NCBI GenBank assembly: GCA_963668315.1
Contig: OY764216.1
Location: 3,712,001 to 3,776,000, forward strand
Source of the DNA: Spirochaetia bacterium
GTDB lineage: Bacteria; Spirochaetota; Spirochaetia; DSM-2461
Reading direction: 5' to 3'
DNA length: 64,000 nt
Positions 58,200 to 64,000 of this stretch are shown one piece after another (position 1 is the stretch's first letter; each line of letters begins with the position of its first letter). A program made the position numbers and the translations under genes. A model generated the notes under the pieces. The model saw only the letters and a program-made list of their open reading frames with translations, searched no databases and was not told where the DNA came from.

Positions 58200-60026
58200 T
58201 TAATCCTCAGATTTTTCCATTTCCGATTCATCATATCCAGCAAGTCTCTGAAAATCTTTATTTGAGTTAATCAATTCTTCGTAAGATCCGGTATTATCCA
58301 CCAATCCATCTTTGAGGATAATTATATTGTCGGCATTTCTTAATGTATTTATTCTATGAGCAATAATAACAATTGTACGCTTGTTACTAATATCCTCTAT
58401 CGCTTTCATTATTTGCTTTTCCGTATTGGCATCCAGAGAACTGGTTGCTTCATCAAAGACAAGGATTTCCGCACCTCTGTATAGAGCTCGGGCAATTCCC
58501 AATCGCTGTCTCTGTCCTCCGCTCAGTTGAATACCAGCTTCGCCAATTATAGTATTTACTCCATCGGGCATTTTTTCAACATGTTCCCAAAGGGCAGACA
58601 TTTTCAAAACTTGAATAACCCTATCTCTATCAATTTCCTCGTCTTCGATGCCAAAAGCAATATTTTTCTCAATTGTATTATCAATTAGAAAGATATCCTG
58701 GGGTACATAACCAATTAATCGCTGGAGAGAACCGATTTTATCCCATTCCCAGTCCTCTCCATCAATAACTAGTTGACCAGAGGTTGGTTTCAATAGTCCA
58801 AGGAAAATATTGACAAGTGTCGTTTTCCCCGTTCCTGTGGTTCCCACAATCCCCAATGTTTTATTCTTGGTAAGCTCCATATCCACCCCTTTAAGAACAG
58901 GATGGCTCGCTTTATATTCAAATTGTATATCTTTTAATAAGATTTTCTCTGAAAATTTCAATTCCGGTAATTGCTCAGTTTTATGCTTTAATACCCTATC
59001 CGTGGTTAAATACTTTGCAGCAATTAAATCCTCTTCCACATGACTAAGTGCACCAACCCCCCCTTGAAAGGCTGTGAAAAGCCGGTATAATTCGGATAAC
59101 TTTGGCATTATTTTATATCCCGCGATAGCAACAAAACTCAATTTAGTGATTATTGATACAAAATCATCACCCTGCTTAACATACATTAATAATATAAATA
59201 AAGTAAGCGTCGCAAATAAAATACCTTCCATACTATAACGGGGAGCAATAATAATGACTCTCTTGACTCTCCGGTTCTTCATTCCCCTTTCTAGATTCTT
59301 TCTATATTGTTTAACAAAAGCTGGAGCAAGATGAGAAAGAATAATATCTTTTATTCCATGAAAGCATTCACTTAATATGACGAAATTCTTCCCGTCAGTT
59401 TTTGCCACTTCATAGGAAGCCCGGATATTTTTCTTTCTAAAATATAGAAAAAAGAATAAATAAATGGATGAAAAACCTAAATTAAGAACAATTCCCAAAA
59501 GTGGATCAATAACGATTATACCTACTAGAAAAATTAAAATAAGGAAAATACGGCCAATTCCATTGAGTATCGAAAAGACCATCTCACTTATGACGATATC
59601 CAATTGATGAAAATTATTTATTAATTTATTACTATTACGATTAACATGAAAAAGATAATCCTTTTGCAAATAATATCGAATCATTCGCAAAGACAAAGAT
59701 CTTTTTAGTTTTAAAGAAATATCGGTATTGATATATTCCCTCAGCATAATAATCAGATTAGAAAATATAATTAATGCGGCGGTTAATATTCCCCAAAAAA
59801 TGATAAATTGATTTTCCGTTTGAAAATTTAAGGAATGATAAATCCAGGATGAATACTTATTACTCTGAATCATTTCCGGATTACCAATAAATGATAAAAA
59901 TGGAGCAAGTGCGGAAAATCCCAAGACTTCAATAAATGAGACAAAAATGACAAATATCTGAAAAACCGACAGACGTCTTATTTCTTTTTCTGTAAATATT
60001 CTAAAAACTCTTTTTAATAAACCCAT
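58200..60026 (-). CDS. PglK/HetA-type ABC transporter (lipid-linked glycan flippase) 2
   Basis: 6-TM domain plus NBD: GTTGTGKTT, YVPQD, LSGGQRQR, VFDEATSSLD, IAHR. Confidence 0.8.
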   Translation of the reverse strand: MGLLKRVFRIFTEKEIRRLSVFQIFVIFVSFIEVLGFSALAPFLSFIGNPEMIQSNKYSSWIYHSLNFQTENQFIIFWGILTAALIIFSNLIIMLREYINTDISLKLKRSLSLRMIRYYLQKDYLFHVNRNSNKLINNFHQLDIVISEMVFSILNGIGRIFLILIFLVGIIVIDPLLGIVLNLGFSSIYLFFFLYFRKKNIRASYEVAKTDGKNFVILSECFHGIKDIILSHLAPAFVKQYRKNLERGMKNRRVKRVIIIAPRYSMEGILFATLTLFILLMYVKQGDDFVSIITKLSFVAIAGYKIMPKLSELYRLFTAFQGGVGALSHVEEDLIAAKYLTTDRVLKHKTEQLPELKFSEKILLKDIQFEYKASHPVLKGVDMELTKNKTLGIVGTTGTGKTTLVNIFLGLLKPTSGQLVIDGEDWEWDKIGSLQRLIGYVPQDIFLIDNTIEKNIAFGIEDEEIDRDRVIQVLKMSALWEHVEKMPDGVNTIIGEAGIQLSGGQRQRLGIARALYRGAEILVFDEATSSLDANTEKQIMKAIEDISNKRTIVIIAHRINTLRNADNIIILKDGLVDNTGSYEELINSNKDFQRLAGYDESEMEKSED

Positions 60027-60040
60027 ATAACACTCGTACT

Positions 60041-61381
60041 TTATTTTTTTTCTATTCCCGGTTCCCCGATATACATATATTCCCAGCCCTCTTCTGCCAT
60101 CATTCCCGGATCATACTGGTTTCTGCCGTCAACAATCACTTTATTTTTCAACAGCTTTCCCATCTCGTAAAAATCGGGAGACCGAAATTCCTTCCACTCC
60201 GTCAGCAGGATCATGGCCTCAGCCCCCTTCAAAGCATCGTACTTACTGTCACAATATTCAATACCCTTCACGTCCTTCAGATAATATCCTTCGGACTGTT
60301 CCCGTCCTTCCGGATCGTAGGCCTGTACTCTGGCCCCCCGGGAAGTCAACTCCTTCACAAGAGTGATGGAAGGAGCTTCCCGCATGTCGTCCGTATTGGG
60401 CTTGAATGTCAGTCCCCATAACCCGAAAGTCATGCCGTTCAAATCTTCCCCGAAGCGCTTTACAATTTTGGAAGGGACGAGCTTTTTCTGTTCATGGTTC
60501 ACCTGATCCACCGCTTCCAGCAGCCGACTGGTATAACCGAAATCCCGGCTGGTCTTGATCAGGGCGTTTACATCCTTGGGAAAACAGGACCCGCCGTAAC
60601 CGGCTCCGGGATAGATAAAGGAGTAACCGATACGGCTGTCAGAACCGATACCCAGTCTTACTTTATTGGCATCGGCGCCCACTCGTTCGCAGATATTGGC
60701 GATCTCATTGATAAAGCTGATTTTCGTTGCCAGCATGCAGTTGGCGGCGTATTTGGTCATCTCCGCCGACCGTATATCCATGGAGATCACCCGGTCGTGA
60801 TTGAACGTAAAGGTCCCGTAAAGGGCATGCATTTTCTTCAGGGCCTCTTCGGAATCGGAACCGAGAACAACGCGGTCGGGATACATAAAGTCACGGACAG
60901 CGTTTCCCTCTTTCAGGAATTCCGGATTGGATACGACATGAAAGGGAATATCCGCTCCCCTCTTATTCAGTTCGGCCTCAATGGTTTCCCTTACTTTATC
61001 AGCCGTTCCCACGGGAACGGTGGACTTGTCCACGACAATCAGCTCTTTTTCCATGGCCTGTCCGATCTCGGAAGCCACTCCCAGAACATAAGTTAAATCG
61101 GCGCTGCCGTCATCTCCCATAGGGGTACCCACGGCGATAAAAACAATCTCCACACTCTGGATAGCCTCTTTAAGACTGGTAGAAAATTGCAAATCCCCGT
61201 GTTTATAGGTACGAAGCACCATCTCTTCCAGTCCGGGCTCGTAGATAGGGATAGCACCTTTTTTGAGTTTCTTGATTTTCTTTTCATCCACGTCAACGCA
61301 GGTCACACGGTTTCCCACTTCGGCAAAACAGGCACCCGAGACTAATCCAACATAACCGGTTCCGATAACGGCAATATTCAT
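60041..61381 (-). CDS. ugd: UDP-glucose 6-dehydrogenase
   Basis: GTGYVGL, IYEPGL, AVGTP, KSTVPVGT, SNPEFLKEG, GYGGSCFPKD, FKPNTDDMRE. Confidence 0.93.
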   Translation of the reverse strand: MNIAVIGTGYVGLVSGACFAEVGNRVTCVDVDEKKIKKLKKGAIPIYEPGLEEMVLRTYKHGDLQFSTSLKEAIQSVEIVFIAVGTPMGDDGSADLTYVLGVASEIGQAMEKELIVVDKSTVPVGTADKVRETIEAELNKRGADIPFHVVSNPEFLKEGNAVRDFMYPDRVVLGSDSEEALKKMHALYGTFTFNHDRVISMDIRSAEMTKYAANCMLATKISFINEIANICERVGADANKVRLGIGSDSRIGYSFIYPGAGYGGSCFPKDVNALIKTSRDFGYTSRLLEAVDQVNHEQKKLVPSKIVKRFGEDLNGMTFGLWGLTFKPNTDDMREAPSITLVKELTSRGARVQAYDPEGREQSEGYYLKDVKGIEYCDSKYDALKGAEAMILLTEWKEFRSPDFYEMGKLLKNKVIVDGRNQYDPGMMAEEGWEYMYIGEPGIEKK

Positions 61382-61902
61382 CGGCTGATTTCTCCTTTGA
61401 TTTCCAATTCGTCCAGGAAAATATAGGGGACGGCGATCTCCCCAGCTGATTTTCTATTGGCTTTTTCCGAGTAAACGACGAAAAAACCATCCTTTAACTC
61501 ATCTCTGATGTAAGTTATTCGATAATGATGACAAGCCCATTCCAGGATAAAGTCAAGATCGCTTTTCCCTATAAGAGAAACCCCTTTATACCCCTCTCTA
61601 GAGGCATTTCCGACAAGGTTTTCTATGGCCTGACGATAATAGACGACATTTTTTATTGTTCTTTTCATATACTTCTGAGTCCGCCGATTGAGTTCCTGTC
61701 GGCCTTCGGAAGTAAGAATGTATTTAATATTACGGGAATTTACCTTCTCCATCATCAGAAGCCCCTTATCGGCCATTCTTTTGAGAAGGCCGTTTGTCAT
61801 TCCCAAAGAGAGTCCGGCAATCTCAGCCAGTTCACGCTGTCGGATCGGTTCCTTGTTCTGAGAAAGCTGTTCCAGTATGATGGTTTCTTTTTCGCTATCC
61901 AC
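61378..61902 (-). CDS. MarR-type winged-helix regulator (EPS-locus associated)
   Basis: QRELAEIAGLSLGMTN.LLKR...KG, YILT.EG; probable GTG start 61902 below a promoter. Confidence 0.75.
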   Translation of the reverse strand: MDSEKETIILEQLSQNKEPIRQRELAEIAGLSLGMTNGLLKRMADKGLLMMEKVNSRNIKYILTSEGRQELNRRTQKYMKRTIKNVVYYRQAIENLVGNASREGYKGVSLIGKSDLDFILEWACHHYRITYIRDELKDGFFVVYSEKANRKSAGEIAVPYIFLDELEIKGEISR

Positions 61903-61914
61903 GCACCCTGCTTT

Positions 61915-61967
61915 TTGTTCGTTTTTTGAACAACTAAGACTATACACCTATAAATGCAGGAAATCAA
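61915..61967 (-). promoter_or_regulatory. Promoter of marR-ugd-flippase operon with downstream inverted repeat
   Basis: TTGATT-17-TATAGT followed by TTGTTC-N7-GAACAA (61915-61933). Confidence 0.6.
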
Positions 61968-61991
61968 GATTTCTGGGAAAATTCTGATTTT

Positions 61992-63035
61992 TTAATCCGT
62001 ATAAGCCCTGTACCACTCAACAAACCGGGAGATTCCCTCTTTTATTGAAACTTGCGGTCTGTAATCATAATCCCTTTCCAGAAGAGTCGTATCGGCCCAG
62101 GTTTTCTTTACGTCCCCGGGCTGCATGGGCTTCATCTCCATGTTCGCCTCTTTTCCCATAGCTTTTTCTATGGTATGGATAAAATCCATCAGCTGTACGG
62201 GGCTGCCGTTCCCTATATTATAGATACGGTAAGGAGCGGAACTGGAGGAAGGATCGGGATTTTCCGGGTCCCAGGTTTTATCCGCCCGGGGAGGATTCTG
62301 GATAATGCGGACGATGCCTTCCACCACATCATCCACGTAAGTGAAATCCCTAGCCATGTCGCCGTTATTGAAGACTTGGATTGTCCGGTTCTCTTTGATG
62401 GCACTGGCGAAGAGAATGGGGGACATATCGGGTCTTCCCCAGGGACCGTATACCGTAAAGAATCTCAGGCCCGTCACGGCGATACCGTAGAGATGGCTGT
62501 AACTATGGGCCATGGCTTCACAGCTTTTCTTGCTGGCCGCATACAGACTCACGGGATGAACGGCCGAGTCCTTCTCGGAAAAAGGCTGCTTCTGATTCAG
62601 TCCGTAAACGCTGGAACTGCTGGCGAAAACCAGGTTCTTCGTATCCGAGTGGCGACAGGCTTCCAGGATATTTAACGTCCCTTTGATATTACTTTCCGCA
62701 TAGGCGAGAGGATTTGTCAGACTGTATCGGACGCCGGCCTGGGCAGCCAGATGGATGACACCGTCAAATTTTTCTTTCCGGAACAAGTCGGTCAGGGCTT
62801 CCCCGTCTTCCAGATTCATGCGGATAAACCGGCAGTCATTGGAAAGGGAAATCATGGTTTCAAAGGGAAATTTATCCTGTTTAAATCCCAGCATCTTCAA
62901 TCGGTCATACTTGAGACGTACATCGTAGTAGTCATTCAAATTATCCAGTCCGACAACCTGATGGCCGTCCTGTATTAACCTTTTAGCCGTGTGAGCTCCG
63001 ATGAATCCCGCCATTCCGGTAAGTAAAATTTTCAT
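61992..63035 (-). CDS. UDP-glucuronate 4-epimerase (CapI/WbnF-like)
   Basis: TGMAGFIG, DNLNDYYD, HLAAQAGVRYS, ASSSSVYG, YAASKK, RFFTVYGPWGRPDM, MQPGDV. Confidence 0.88.
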   Translation of the reverse strand: MKILLTGMAGFIGAHTAKRLIQDGHQVVGLDNLNDYYDVRLKYDRLKMLGFKQDKFPFETMISLSNDCRFIRMNLEDGEALTDLFRKEKFDGVIHLAAQAGVRYSLTNPLAYAESNIKGTLNILEACRHSDTKNLVFASSSSVYGLNQKQPFSEKDSAVHPVSLYAASKKSCEAMAHSYSHLYGIAVTGLRFFTVYGPWGRPDMSPILFASAIKENRTIQVFNNGDMARDFTYVDDVVEGIVRIIQNPPRADKTWDPENPDPSSSSAPYRIYNIGNGSPVQLMDFIHTIEKAMGKEANMEMKPMQPGDVKKTWADTTLLERDYDYRPQVSIKEGISRFVEWYRAYTD

Positions 63036-63042
63036 AGAAGAT

Positions 63043-63071
63043 ATTTTATCCGTTGTTTATATGCTTTACAA
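63043..63071 (-). promoter_or_regulatory. sigma70-type promoter of epimerase, apparently leaderless
   Basis: TTGTAA-17-TAAAAT-7 nt-ATG(63035). Confidence 0.6.
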
Positions 63072-63154
63072 GGTTTTCCAGGTATAATAATTCAGATTTA
63101 TGGTTTTTCATCCGTTAATCGTATAAGATAGTTATGTAAATTAAGGACCAATAT

Positions 63155-64000
63155 ATGGATGATATTCGATTACTGCTAACGGTTCTCTCCGTTTCATTTT
63201 CCCTGGTAACCTGTCTTTTCCTGACGCCGAAAATTATCAGACTGGCCAACAGGTTTCACTGGTTTGATCCTCCGGAAGAGAGAAAAATTCATACGGGGCA
63301 GATTCCCCGCCTGGGCGGCATTGCCATTGTCAGCTCACTGACGATATCAGCAATTGTCGCGCCCGCCGTGGCCAGCTGGATCATGAAGAAGGACATATCT
63401 CCCTTTAAATACATGCTTCCCAACAGTATGCTGGCGATTGGAGCACTGCTGATCTTTGCTGTAGGTCTCATCGATGATTTCCGTAATATTTCCGCCAGGA
63501 AAAAACTGCTCGCGCAGATTCTGGCCGGTCTTCTCGCTTGCGCGGGGGGAGCGAAAATCAATTTTTTCATGCTCCCTTTCATATGGTATAAAGTGGAACT
63601 GGGTCTCTGGGCCTGGCCGATTACGGTATTCTGGATCGTAGCTATCGTCAATGCCATGAACATGATCGATGGAATGGACGGTCTTTCAGGGACGATAGCA
63701 GGAATGGCCTGCCTGACCTATGGTCTGGTTCTTATTCTCCAGTCCAATTATCTCCTGGCCATTTTAAGTTTTGCCCTGATGGGAAGCATCCTGGGATTTC
63801 TCATGTATAATTACCCTCCCGCCCAGATCTTCATGGGCGATTCGGGTTCCATGTTTCTGGGGTTCTTCCTTGCGGTGATCCCCCTGGCGGCGGAACCCGA
63901 TTCGGGCGGGTCCCTGGTCCTTCCTATCACAATGCTGGTCATTCCCATCATAGATGTCATTGCCGCGATAATCCGCCGGGGAAGAGATAAGATTCCCTTC
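63155..64000 (+). CDS. wecA: WecA/TagO-type undecaprenyl-phosphate HexNAc-1-phosphate transferase (partial, runs off window)
   Basis: Manual translation MDDIRLLL...DPPEERKIHTGQIPRLGGIA...GLIDD...NAMNMIDGMDGL...YNYPPAQIFMGDSGS. Confidence 0.85.
   Translation, partial: MDDIRLLLTVLSVSFSLVTCLFLTPKIIRLANRFHWFDPPEERKIHTGQIPRLGGIAIVSSLTISAIVAPAVASWIMKKDISPFKYMLPNSMLAIGALLIFAVGLIDDFRNISARKKLLAQILAGLLACAGGAKINFFMLPFIWYKVELGLWAWPITVFWIVAIVNAMNMIDGMDGLSGTIAGMACLTYGLVLILQSNYLLAILSFALMGSILGFLMYNYPPAQIFMGDSGSMFLGFFLAVIPLAAEPDSGGSLVLPITMLVIPIIDVIAAIIRRGRDKIPF

Noticed and set aside
63289..63663. 124-aa minus-strand ORF
   Set aside because: Antisense to the partial wecA gene
1..64000. CRISPR arrays, IS elements, prophage, rRNA
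   Set aside because: No repeat-spacer periodicity, transposase, integrase, phage structural or rRNA sequence recognised by eye

Overview
Chromosomal segment of an anaerobic spirochaete (Spirochaetales-like). The assignment rests on a class I LysRS, a flaA-cheA-cheW/CheR-cheX-cheY cluster, a spiro-SPASM protein and PFOR. The left half is mostly housekeeping: parE (partial), uvrD coupled to an SfsA/GIY-YIG double-nuclease fusion, lysS, hemW, lepB, smpB, tRNA-Val and the chemotaxis/flaA genes. A candidate flagellar-glycan tailoring operon follows (spiro-SPASM, GT-like, SpsF, PseG-methyltransferase fusion, ATP-grasp ligase, GerMN). Next come cvfB-srkA, a pepP/MFS-HEAT/atypical nucleotide cyclase/ygiQ operon, nifJ, a C39 peptidase-like gene and rnhA. 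The right ~28 kb is a surface-glycan locus with a Wzi-like outer-membrane protein, a beta-helix lipoprotein and a GtrABC-like trio. It also has two PglK-type ABC flippases, each heading its own glycosyltransferase cassette (the second AT-rich), plus uxs, ugd, a MarR regulator, a UDP-GlcA epimerase and a partial WecA. About 11 genes look leaderless, including a palindromic back-to-back promoter between rnhA and the wzi-like gene. No CRISPR array, transposase, integrase or rRNA was seen. All product calls come from motif recognition, not database searches.
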